Shown: positions 25,234 to 35,594 of the stretch, in pieces
Position numbering within the stretch: position 1 is the stretch's first letter
How the letters are laid out: each line of letters opens with the position of its first letter
Assembly: GCA_001179505.1 (NCBI GenBank)
Contig: CDMY01000275.1
Coordinates: 372,001 to 436,000, forward strand
DNA length: 64,000 nt
Reading direction: 5' to 3'
Source: Vitrella brassicaformis CCMP3155
Taxonomy: Eukaryota; Protista; Chromerida
Notes under the pieces: model-generated
Database searches by the model: none
The model's input: only the letters and a program-made list of their open reading frames with translations
What the model was told of the DNA's origin: nothing
Position numbers and translations under genes: made by a program

Positions 25234-26840
25234 CTAGACGACATTCGATTTGTGCCCGGCCTCGCGATTGGCTGAGCTGTCTTCGCACCCACTCACGTCC
25301 CCCGGTGGCCCGACGGCATCCGCCGTCGCATCAGCCACTTTGCCATCGGTGGCGTCGTGTGGTGCCTTGGGCTCTGAAGACATACACAGCACCCCATCAC
25401 TTGCAGGCATACACACGTGGCTCTCTCTTCTATCAACTTTATCATACCTGCCGCGTATGTCTCCCTCCGTTGCCTCTGTGTCCGCTGTGCCCACCATGAG
25501 GCTAGGAAGGCGTCGATGAGTATTTGTGTGAAGTGGCCGAGGATCGCCCCGATGACCATAATGCCGCGGCTGCCCAGCTCGGTTGGCAGGAACTCAATGA
25601 CCGTCACACACACGGGCAGTGTCTTCTGAGACGCGCACACCACCACGGCCTTCATTATCGCTGCATGCAGCGAGACACAAGACACGAGACGTGTGTGGGT
25701 CAGTCAGCTTCCACATCTGGTCTTCTTACGTGGCGGCAGGCGAAGGAGGAGCGAGGACAGTGCATTGAGGACGAGAAAGACGATATGCATGGCTATGGCC
25801 ACCGCCGCTGCTGCCAGCACCATCTCAGGGTCCAACTTGGCTATCTGAGACAGATACAAACAAAGCCGTCCGGACAGATGTGCCGGTGAAGGAAGGCATG
25901 CATGTCTCACTCACTCACTCACGAACCTTGGCCACAGACCCGCTGACTTTCATCCACACGATCAAGATGATGCACTGCGCCGGCACATGCTTCATCAGCC
26001 GCTTGTGAGAGTTCGCAAACTTGAGAACAGGTGGCCAGAAGGACAAAACTTTGCCCACGACCAGAGGGATAAGGATGGAATAGGTCAGCGACAGCAGCAT
26101 CCCCGCCCCATCAATAGACACATCCACACCCTCATCACTCTCCTGTTGCCCGCCCTCTTGTGCGGCGTCGACGAGCAGCGGCACCGTAGCTGGTAGAGTG
26201 AAGATAGCGATGAAGTTGGTGGCGACGGTGAAGAGGAGTGCCAGCGGTGTGTTGCCCTCCGCCTGTTTGGTCAGTATCACGCCACTCGTGAGTGTCATCG
26301 GCATCAGAGCAAACAGCGCCAGGCCGAGCGATAAGTCGGGCGGCTCCAGCGGCACAAACACCAGCCCGAAGCCAGCCAGGGGCGTCAGCAACAAAATCGA
26401 CAAAGTGCCGTACACCGCCCCACGCCAGCAGCTGAGGCCCTCCTTCACCTCTGCAAACTGCAGCTTGATACCCGAGAGCACGAACACGATGCACACACAC
26501 AGCTGCCCCATCAGACCCTCCGGAAGGGGGCCGTCGATGCCGGCCACCCATTTGCCAGGGACTGGCACCTGATTGTGAACAGAAGGAGTGATGCCGGTGC
26601 GCTCTTTGCCTGCATGTCGATGCTGCGTACCAGGGCACCGAAAATCACGAAGACCACGAGCCCTGAACAAACGAACACAGCGGTGTGCCACAGTCCACAC
26701 ATTCCCGAGGGATGAAGGTGATGGCCTGCCTCACCCAATGGAAGGTAGTGTGTGTCGCAGAACTTGAGCAGGGCCGACCATCGCTTTGCCCAGGGGCCGT
26801 CTTCTTTCACTCCTGTCCCTTCTTTCTCTTGGTTTGCCAT
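25234..26840 (-). CDS. BASS4: Sodium/metabolite symporter, SBF-like (BASS4/SLC10A7-like), copy 2, an inverted (tail-to-tail) paralog of copy 1
   Basis: MANQEKEG...HYLPLG. Same motifs and matching intron positions as copy 1. Stop at 25234 (...HKSNVV*). Confidence 0.88.
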
Positions 26841-26952
26841 CGATTCGGATTGAAGGGATTTTCTGCTCGAGCTTGCACGATGGGGCTGGCCGCCCGTCTC
26901 GCATTGCCGTCTCGATTCCCGCTTCCAGCCCCCTTCTGCTGGTGGTGAGGGT

Positions 26953-27960
26953 ATGGCCACGGACAGCCGCTATCGTGGTCGTTTCCCCTTCCCCCAGGCT
27001 GCAGTCGGTCTTGCCAGCCGTCTCTGCTCTGCGGGCATTCAGCGGTCCAAGGAAATTGCCGAAGGGAGCCAGGACGTTACCCAAGAGACTACCATCAGCC
27101 ACACCACTGCCGAGGCCAGCCCGGTCGAAAACGCAACGATTTTGACAGATTTTCGTACCGCCAAGATGCAGCCCCGCGGCTGCACCACGCCGTCTGAGGA
27201 TCTCAATTTCGTTGAGAGTGTGATTCGGATGGAGGTCAGTGCTGACCTCGCATACACACAAGGAGAAGGACAGGAAACGCAGAGATGTTTGCTGTCATTG
27301 CAAACAATCGCAGTGTCTCATCGAGGATCGGTACGACGCCATCACCGACGAGCTGCAAGAGGACGAGGACCTCGACGAAAGCAGCCCGGGGCCGCTCAAG
27401 AAGGCGGAGATACCCACCAAGGACGAGGATTCAGCTGGCACTGAGCCGCCCAAGACGTTGAACAGGGAGCACAAAGACGAGAAGACCAAACGAGAAGTGG
27501 AGAGGGAGCGGGCGGAGGTGGAGAGGGAGGAGGTACTTCAGGCGATGGAAGCCGATGGTACAATCGCATACTTCAAGCAATTGACTTCTGGAGACCGTCG
27601 GTTCATCCATAAGGTACGCTTTTGAGTCTTTCATGTCGGCTGGATGCACTCATTCATGGGAAACGCAGTTGGTTCCTTCATAAGGTGGTCAAAGGGGAGG
27701 GGGGCTGGACGCCACAACGGAGTGACTGGGCCGGTTTGGTCGACGAGCTGGACCTAGTCACATGGCAGAAGAGGGCCCCGAAGAGCAAGAGGGCCCCTCG
27801 ATTGATTCGCACTCTCAAGGGTGTCGTGGAGCGAGTGGTAAGAAGGCAACTGATTGTGCGTGCCGGCAAAGACTTAAATGGATGCGAGATTGTGCTGTGT
27901 GTCGTGCAGGCTGGTGGGAAGACGAGGAGAAAGGGACAATGAGCTGGAACACTCACTCCT
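26953..27960 (+). CDS. Hypothetical protein, charged/acidic middle exon; 3' end unresolved, abuts the foldback element
   Basis: ATG 26953 frame open to a GTCAGT donor near 27235. Acceptor near 27313 opens CLIEDRYDAITDELQEDED...FIHK, with further GT-AG bounded exons at about 27668-27835 and from 27910. No family recognised. Confidence 0.4.
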
Positions 27961-27986
27961 TTGCCCCTTGGAAATCTGCAGTACAA

Positions 27987-28522
27987 GCGACTTGCGCTCC
28001 AAAGCTGGCCCTGTCCCCGCAAGGCTGGCATGTCTGCCCGTAGGGCCAGCCCTACAACCACAGGGCCAGCCCTACAACCACAGGGCCAGCCCTACAACCG
28101 CAGGGCTAGCCCTACAACGGCAGGGCCAGCCCTGCAGATGGAATGCTAGCCCTGCAGCCGTAGGGCTGGCCCTGCAGCCACAGGGCCAGCCCTGCAGTCG
28201 CAGGGCTAGCCCTACAATCACAGGGCTAGCCCTACAACCACAGGGCTAGCCCTGCAGCCACAGGGCTGGCCTCTGCGGGACGACTTAAGTGCTTCTGGAG
28301 GGTTTTGACTCACTGCAAGGCTATCCCTGTGTCTGCAGGGCTGGCCCTGTGGCTGCAGGGCCGGCCCTGTGGCTGCAGGGCCAGCCCTACGGCTGCAGGG
28401 CTAGCCTTCCATCTGCAGGGCTAGCCCTGTGGTTGTAGGGCTGGACATCCACCTGCAGGGTGGGCCCCACGGCATACATACTAGCCTTCCGGCCACAGGG
28501 CCAGCTTTGGAGCGCAAGTCGC
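27987..28522. mobile_element. Non-autonomous foldback/MITE-like element with perfect 28-bp terminal inverted repeats and internal 20-bp tandem subrepeats
   Basis: 27987-28014 GCGACTTGCGCTCCAAAGCTGGCCCTGT is the exact reverse complement of 28495-28522. The arms carry CAGGGC(C/T)AGCCCT(ACAACCA/GCAGCCA) units in opposite orientations around a ~60-bp spacer. No coding capacity and no clear TSD. Confidence 0.8.
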
Positions 28523-28911
28523 GCCTATTGTGTGTGCGTGAGATGACGTGAGCTGAGCACAAGACGGTTTGTTTGTGTATGTGTATGTGGACGGGACACG
28601 AAGACACAACAGTGGGAGACTCGACTCGTCAATATATATGCGAGAGAGGAGAGACGGTGAGGTCAGGTGAGGTTGAATACACATGCCATGCACGCACGGA
28701 ATGACGACAACATGTCAGTCATTGTCATCCGACGGATCCGCACAGAGTGAGTGTCGCCTCACTCACTGCGTCGAGAAACATCCACGGAAGTGCCCTGCCC
28801 CCTCCTATCCGCCCCGCCCGCTGTACAACCGTTAGCCACCGACAGAAAAATCTGGATAAAGGAAGGAACCCCCAGTCACTCATTCAGCACACAGGATACA
28901 TGACCTCGACA

Positions 28912-30640
28912 TCAGTCGTCGTCATCTTCACCCTGCTCCCCCGCCTCGTCCCTGCCGCCCTCCCCCTCCCCCTCCCCCGCGTCAGCTTGTGCAGCTGCAG
29001 CTGCACCGGCATCCGCTCCATCCGCTCCCGCGTCAGCCTGTTTCTTCTGCAGCTTCTCCAGGATCTTGTCTGCACTGTTGAAGATGCCGTTGGTCGGCCG
29101 CTGACACACAGCACACCTGAGTGAGACAGGCAAAGCACCAAGGCAGGACAGGACAGGTCAGGTCGGCTGCCGTGAGCAGCAAGGGAGGCCCCGTCGGTGC
29201 GCGTGGGCGTCTTACTTGCTGCTCTTCGAGTAGTGCTCGAATGCACATTTCTCGCAGAAGTAGTGCTTGCACCTGAGCGACCGACCAACGACACAAACAC
29301 AACAGAAGATGCGCAAGGCAAGGCAAGGTCGTCGTCGACTCTCTCTGGTCTGTCTGTCTGTCCATCCACTTATTCCCACTCCCCCCACTCACAGTGTGAC
29401 GACCGGTCTTGACTCAAGTGACCACGGTGTGCGACAGAGCAGGCACGCGAATGGCAGCCCCTCGTCGTCGTCATCGTCGTCGTCATCGTCAGAATCGTCG
29501 TCGTCCTCATCGACTGCACACACAGAGGTAGGTAGGTACTTATTGGCCATGGTGCACAGCACAAATGCTGGTGTGTGGCTCGCTCACGTACGTGTGATTT
29601 TGTCTCCCCTAATCAGCTTCTGGAGCTTCTCCTGCTTTTTCTTCTGCTGCTCGTCCCACTCCCTGACCGAAGCGACCAAACAACAGCACAGCACAGCACA
29701 GCACAGCACACATATGGTGTCGGGTCGGAGTGGATGTGATGGTGTATGTATGTACCGATGCTCCCCTCCCATGCTCACTCACTTTTCGAGCTGCCAGCCG
29801 CTCTTGTAGTCACCACGGTCGTGGATGAACTTGCAGGTATCTGACAGACAGACAGACAGACAGACAGACAGCAGAGGGGTGCGGTGCATTCGTGTCTGTT
29901 CCGGCTGGCTGCACATGTGACTGACATACGCACTCACGTACCTCCAAAACCGCAGTAGCCCGTCTCTTTGTAGTCCTTGCAGATGTCCGGCTGGTAGTCG
30001 AACCGGGCTGAGATGCGAATGTGGGCTTGAGACCGAACCGGCCCCATCAGGCCAGTGTATTTGCCGGCTCTGATGGCGCCCTCGCTTTGGTTGGCGATGG
30101 GTTTGTAGGCGTGAAGGCCTCGGTAGACGTTCTCCTCCAGGCTGCCTTTCTTGAGCTCCTGGCCGATCTGATAGTTGCGCTCGAGGATGGCCCGGTGGTC
30201 GCGGTCTCTCTCGGTGTCGATCTCAGACACAGCAAAGGCCTTCTGGTCTTGGTGCAGATTCTGACACACAGACACCAAGCACACGCATACACAGGCCGGT
30301 TGAGGGTGGGTGGTGAGGCTACATACGATGTCTGTGTAACAGTTACCAGTTCTCGTGTTGTCTTGTATCCTCCAACCACGATGTCATCCTCAATCCACGC
30401 CTTCTTGTTGCTGTCCTTCGTCGTCTTCGACACCACACACACACACACACAGAGGGTGCGCATATAGCGGTACGAGGTTTGATCATGCATCTGCTTACTT
30501 ACCGCTGACACTGTGCTCTTCTTGGCCGCCTTGGAAGCCCTCTCGAGCTCGGCGCGCTCCTCATCTCCCTCGCCATCATGCTCATCTTCCTCCTCAACAG
30601 CTCTCTTCTTGAAATTCGCTTTTCCTCTCTTGGCAAACAT
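28912..30640 (-). CDS. CWC24: Pre-mRNA splicing factor CWC24/RNF113A (CCCH zinc finger + RING)
   Basis: [41 protein letters not shown] (CCCH). LPFACLLCR...HYFCEKCA...CAVCQRPTNGIFN (RING). Confidence 0.96.
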
Positions 30641-30694
30641 CGAAGACACCTCAACACACCTGATCCTGTGCGATGTTTGCGAGTCGATCACATT

Positions 30695-30703
30695 TGCGAG
30701 CTC
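30695..30703 (+). promoter_or_regulatory. Motif variant TGCGAGCTC between the divergent CWC24 and TRPML starts
   Basis: Centre of the 125-bp intergenic region, flanked by the partial copies TGCGAGTC and TGCAAGCTC. Confidence 0.5.
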
Positions 30704-30765
30704 AAATCTGCAAGCTCAGAGGAGATGGGATGGGGCGGATCTGAGCATATATCCCCCGGCGGACG

Positions 30766-33700
30766 ATGCCCACGGGTGCAGCAGGTGGCGTGACGATGCT
30801 GACGAATATCTCTCGGTTCGTGACGTCGCTGCGGCGGCGTGGGGATGGCGATGGAGGTGGAGGTCGGCGCATGAGGCGGCAGAGCGCGCGGATGAGTCTG
30901 TCGGACCAGCTGTTTTTGAATCCGTTTGAGAAGTGGCGGCGGCACGGCAAGTTCCCCTGGAAGTTCTTCATCCACTGCCTGCTGGCCATACTCACCGCAC
31001 TGCAGGTAGGTATCTTGGGGTGGGTGGGTGGGTCACTGAGGCGGGACTGAACGGACACGCAGGAGTGTGGCATCGCGACACAAGCATCGTCTGTGGACTG
31101 CATGTGTGGACGGCATGGTTGTCTGTCTGTCTGTAGGTGGTTGTGTTCATCACTCAGGAGACGGGTCACGCCAAGATGACCCTCCGGCATTTTTACACCA
31201 TCTTCCTGGGAGAAGACGTCACCGGCGCTTTTGGAAGCAGAACGTATGTATGGTTAATGCGACATCACATGTTGCAACACAGACACACACATGCAAGCCA
31301 AGCAGACCGACATGCACAGACAGAGGTTCCCTTCCCTTCCTGTGTCCGTCTGTCTGTTTGTGTTAACGACCAGGTTTACGATAAGCAACGAGAAGGACTT
31401 CAAGGACACGCTGTACAGCACGATAGAGCACTACTTCCACATCAACAGCCAGTCCATGTCCATCGACAAGTACGCGTACCCCAATGAACACCCCACCGCC
31501 ATCGTCGAGGTCACCTGGCGAGACGGCGTCACCAACGAATTCCCACTCGACGCCAAATTCCGAAAGGACCACAAGTAAGTAGACAGACAGACAGACGGGG
31601 GACAGAAGTGTGTGTGTGTTTAGGTACATGGATATCATCGACCGCGTGCAGGACTTGTATGAGGTGAGGATCCGGCTGGTGGTGCTGGAGCTGTTTAAGG
31701 GGCCGCTGTGGACCAGCTGCTTCGAGTGGCACCTCTCGCCAACATTCAACTACCAAATGACCGGACAAATTGAGGTACGTACTTACGTCAGCCACCCCTC
31801 AGCTCAATCAACAACATAGACGCGCACACACGCATCTCCTGTCTGTCTGTCTGTCTGTTATCAACAAATCGGTCTGACTGACAGGTGTTATTGGGTTGGA
31901 ACATCTACGAGTGTTCTGCGGCCGACATGCGTCACCCGGCACCCTACCACAAGCTCAACATTCGGGGCAAGCTCAAGTTCCCATACTCGTTCCTCCACGC
32001 AGTCGTCGCGGTGCTCGCCGCCCTCTCCTTCATCCTGGCCTGGAAGGCCATCAGGGACTCGGTGCTCGTGCTCAGGAAGATACGGCAGTCCACAAGATCA
32101 CCCGCACCACCCAGCACTTACCAGATCACGCCGCTGCGGTCAGCACACACACACATACACACACGCGTCGAACCATGGGCGCACCACTCCATGTCTGTTG
32201 CAGTCATGTGAGCCGGCCTGAAGAGGCCGACGACCTGGGTCCCCCAGGCCAAGATGCAGAAGAGGCCTCGCGAGGCGGCCTCCACCACGACTCTACAGAG
32301 GACCGGCCACCACCGCCGAACCGGCTGCAGCGGACGGGGGCCAACGCCATGATCGGGGGATCCTTCGCCGACGGGCGTGTGGAGGAGCTGCTCTGCCGGT
32401 CCATGAGTGTGCGGTCGATGGACACGGCCTACTTTCTTGACCAGCATGACGTCATCACGTGGGAGCATTTGACGTGGCGCGAGAAGCTCAGTTTCTTCAA
32501 TTTGTGGTTCTGCATCACCATCGTCGGCAACCTCATCCAGTTTATAGCCACGGTCGGGTCGGACAGCAGTGCTGGGCTTGTGTGGTGGTGCATACATATT
32601 GGGTGCGGTGCGGCCATTTGTGTGTGTGTCTGTGCTGCAGATAACGTGTTTTCTCCCTGGCGGCAGTGTGACGGGTCGTTTGGTCTGTCTGGGAGTGGCA
32701 TGCTTCTTCGGTATGTCAACAGCAGCGCAACCAAGCGTCTTTGTCTGTTAAAGGTCCTTCCAGCCACGTGTCGCTGTATTTGTGTGTGTGTGTGTGTGTG
32801 TGTTCAGCGTGGCTGAATTTGCTGCGTTATTTGGAGTACTTCTCCACATATTACCTCCTCATCCGCACACTCCAAATGGGTTAGTGAGTGGGGGACACTC
32901 CCCCCACAGAGAGGGCAGAGCAAAGGAGGCATCCCAGCCATTGCATTGCACTGGTCAGGTCATGTACCGCTGTTGTTATACCTCTGTTTGGCATGCAGGT
33001 GTTCCTCGTGTGGGTGAGTTTCTGGTTGGCGTCGTGCCGGTGTTCTTCGGCTTTGCCGTCATGGGCGTCTGCCTCTTCTGGCCCACAGACAACTTCTCCA
33101 CCCTCACACAAGTAAACACACACACACATGGAAGTGAGAGGCTCCATCTGTGTGGGGTCGGTTCCGTCCTTCCCTCCCATCAGGCCTCAATGTCACTGTT
33201 TGCCGTGTTGAACGGCGACATGATCCACGACACCTTCGCCAATCTGGGCGACATCTCGCCCATCTTCTCCCAGATCTACCTATACTCCTTCCTCTGCCTG
33301 TTCATCTACGTCGTACTCAACGTCTTTATCTCCATCATCGAAGACTCGTTCTTCTCGGAGAAGATCAGAGACATGGAGCTCTCAGCCGCACCTGGCGGCA
33401 CACAGCCGGGGTACGCTTCGATTGGGTCCGTCCACCCACCTGTGATGCTCGAGCCAAGGGGAGGAAACGGGGGGCCTATGGGTGGGGCGCTGGTGGCTGG
33501 CGAAGACAACGTGCGCTTCAGGGATAGGCGGCAGGAGGGACCCGACGTGACGCTCACTGCAGGGCCGCACTATCAGCCGTCCGCTCCGCCAGGCAGCCCC
33601 TACCCCCGCGGCCCGCCATCACACCCATCCACCGAGACGCCCCGGGCCGAGCGCACCGACGACCGTCGGTCGGCCCCCCTGGTCTACCCGCCCGGCGGGG

Positions 33701-34461
33701 GCTACTCAGACTCGTCCCTGTCAGCGCCCCTGCTGCAGGAGCGGCAGCAGCAGCGGTCGGGCCGCGTGGTCAACCCGAAGATCGAGGCCCTCATCAAAAC
33801 GGCTGAGATGGTGCAGGAGCAGGAGGGCCGCGATGGCTCCCCGTCTGCTCGATCCGCTGCCGGGTCGGCGCACGGAGGGCTGGGCAGGGTCATGCCGACC
33901 CCTCAATCGGCGCCCCGCAGGCCCCCTCCCTCGCCCGCACAGGCGACTCGGAAAGGCGCTCCTGAAGCGCTGCTCCCCGAGGAGGAGCCCAGAGTCGGAG
34001 ACGAGAGGAGGGGCATCGCAGCCTCCATGGAGATCATGGGCAGACAACAGGCACAGCAGGCGGCTGCCGCTGGCGGTGGGGCTGGGCAGGGTGAGGGCGG
34101 CAGTGGTCAGGTGAGGCGTGGGGTGCAGTACCTGCACACGTTCAGCCAGACGGCCCAGTCGAAGGGGTATGGTCTCCGTCCCGGCGTCAAGATGGACATC
34201 GAGGGCTGGAGCGACGCTATGCACGAGCTGCTGGCTGCACTGCCCAGCCTCATCCCGCCAACCAACGCATTCCAATCCTACATGGCCACCGCACTCCTCA
34301 GGTACCTGAAAAGCGAGAGGCGAGTGTAAATGGGGCGACCATGGAATGGGGGGAGAGTGAGTGCTTTGTGTGTGTTGTGTGTGGTGTGTGATTGCAGGCA
34401 GAAGGTTCGTGACGCGCGTCGAATGTTGGATGAGTTCCTGAAGCAGGCGCCGCTCCACTGA
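30766..34461 (+). CDS. MCOLN: Mucolipin/TRPML-like cation channel
   Basis: FLNPFEKWRRHGKFPWKFFIH (pre-S1), large lumenal linker, FNLWFCITIVGNLI, WLNLLRYLEYFSTYYLLIRTL (S4), pore SLFAVLNGDMIHDTF, S6 SQIYLYSFLCLFIYVVLNVFISIIEDSF. Last exon ends ...KQAPLH* at 34459-34461. Confidence 0.9.
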
Positions 34462-35594
34462 TGAATAGATCGGACCGACCGGTGGGGCATGACAGCCGTT
34501 AGTCATTTAATTAATGGTGCATGCGGTGCATGTCTGTCTGTGTGTCTGTATGAGTGCAGAAAAGTCGGTTGGCAACACACACAGAGCAACAACAAACAGG
34601 GAGGGAGGGAGGGAGGGGTCAGTGAGTGCACATCAACCACATCAATGAATGCCATGCCATACCTCTATATGGTCACATACATTACACGCAGCACAGCACA
34701 GCACGGCACGCCACGCCCGTCGACCCGACCCGGCCTGTCCTTATCATTTGTTTGTCTCGCGGTCGCCTACTTATTTGTCGTACATACATACATACCATGC
34801 ACGCACGGCGTTGTGTTTATCGACCATCACTATCTGTCATCCATCAGCCAGTCAGTCAGTCATGCCATGCTATGCCATGCTCCCTCCTCTCTATCAAATC
34901 TTTGATTGATGTGCGCGATGGCCCATCCCATCCATTATGTCGTAGCTCTTTTTATACACTCAGTCAGTCATTGTCACTCCACGAAAGTCCACGAAAGTGC
35001 TGGTTCAGTCATTCACTCGGTGCATGGTTGCATGTTTGTGTGTGCGTGTGTGAGTGAGTGTGCATGTGTGGTCTCTTGTTAAATTGCATGGATGCCTGTG
35101 GGGGTGGGGTGGGGTGGGTGGGTGATTTAAGCGGCTGCTGTGCGTGATTTAAACAGCAGGCCGTTCGGACGGGAGGAGAATTAGGCCCTGTGCGCGGGCC
35201 GTGCCGTGCCGTGTGTACTCGCGAACGAGTCGATGTGAGCCTTGCACCCGTACATGTGAAACCGCCATCCATGTTTTGCTGATCGACAGACAAGGAGGGA
35301 AAGGTAGTGAGTGAGTTGTGACGACGAGAGAGAGGAATGCAGCCGAGCTGACTGGCATATGTAGTGACTTTGGATGAAGGCGATGCATGGTGATGTGATG
35401 TTCTTTCTTATAGCGCTTGTGTAGTGTACACACACATATACACAGACATTCAATACATTGATGCCATGCCCATCCCATCATACAGACAGACACCCTCGTT
35501 TGTCCTGTCCACCCTCACACACATTGACTTGACTGGCATATAAGTATCTTTTTCGCCCATCAAGCTGCCTGCCCCTCGGGAACTGAATTGTCCC

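Noticed and set aside
27878-28249. ORF with repetitive PALQPQGQP/RASPTT peptides
   Set aside because: This is simply the translation of the foldback repeats (20-bp period cycling through frames). There is no independent coding evidence.
28041-28490. 20-bp palindromic tandem repeats as a CRISPR array
   Set aside because: The units are contiguous with no unique spacers, no cas genes are present, the context is eukaryotic, and the terminal inverted repeats explain the structure better.
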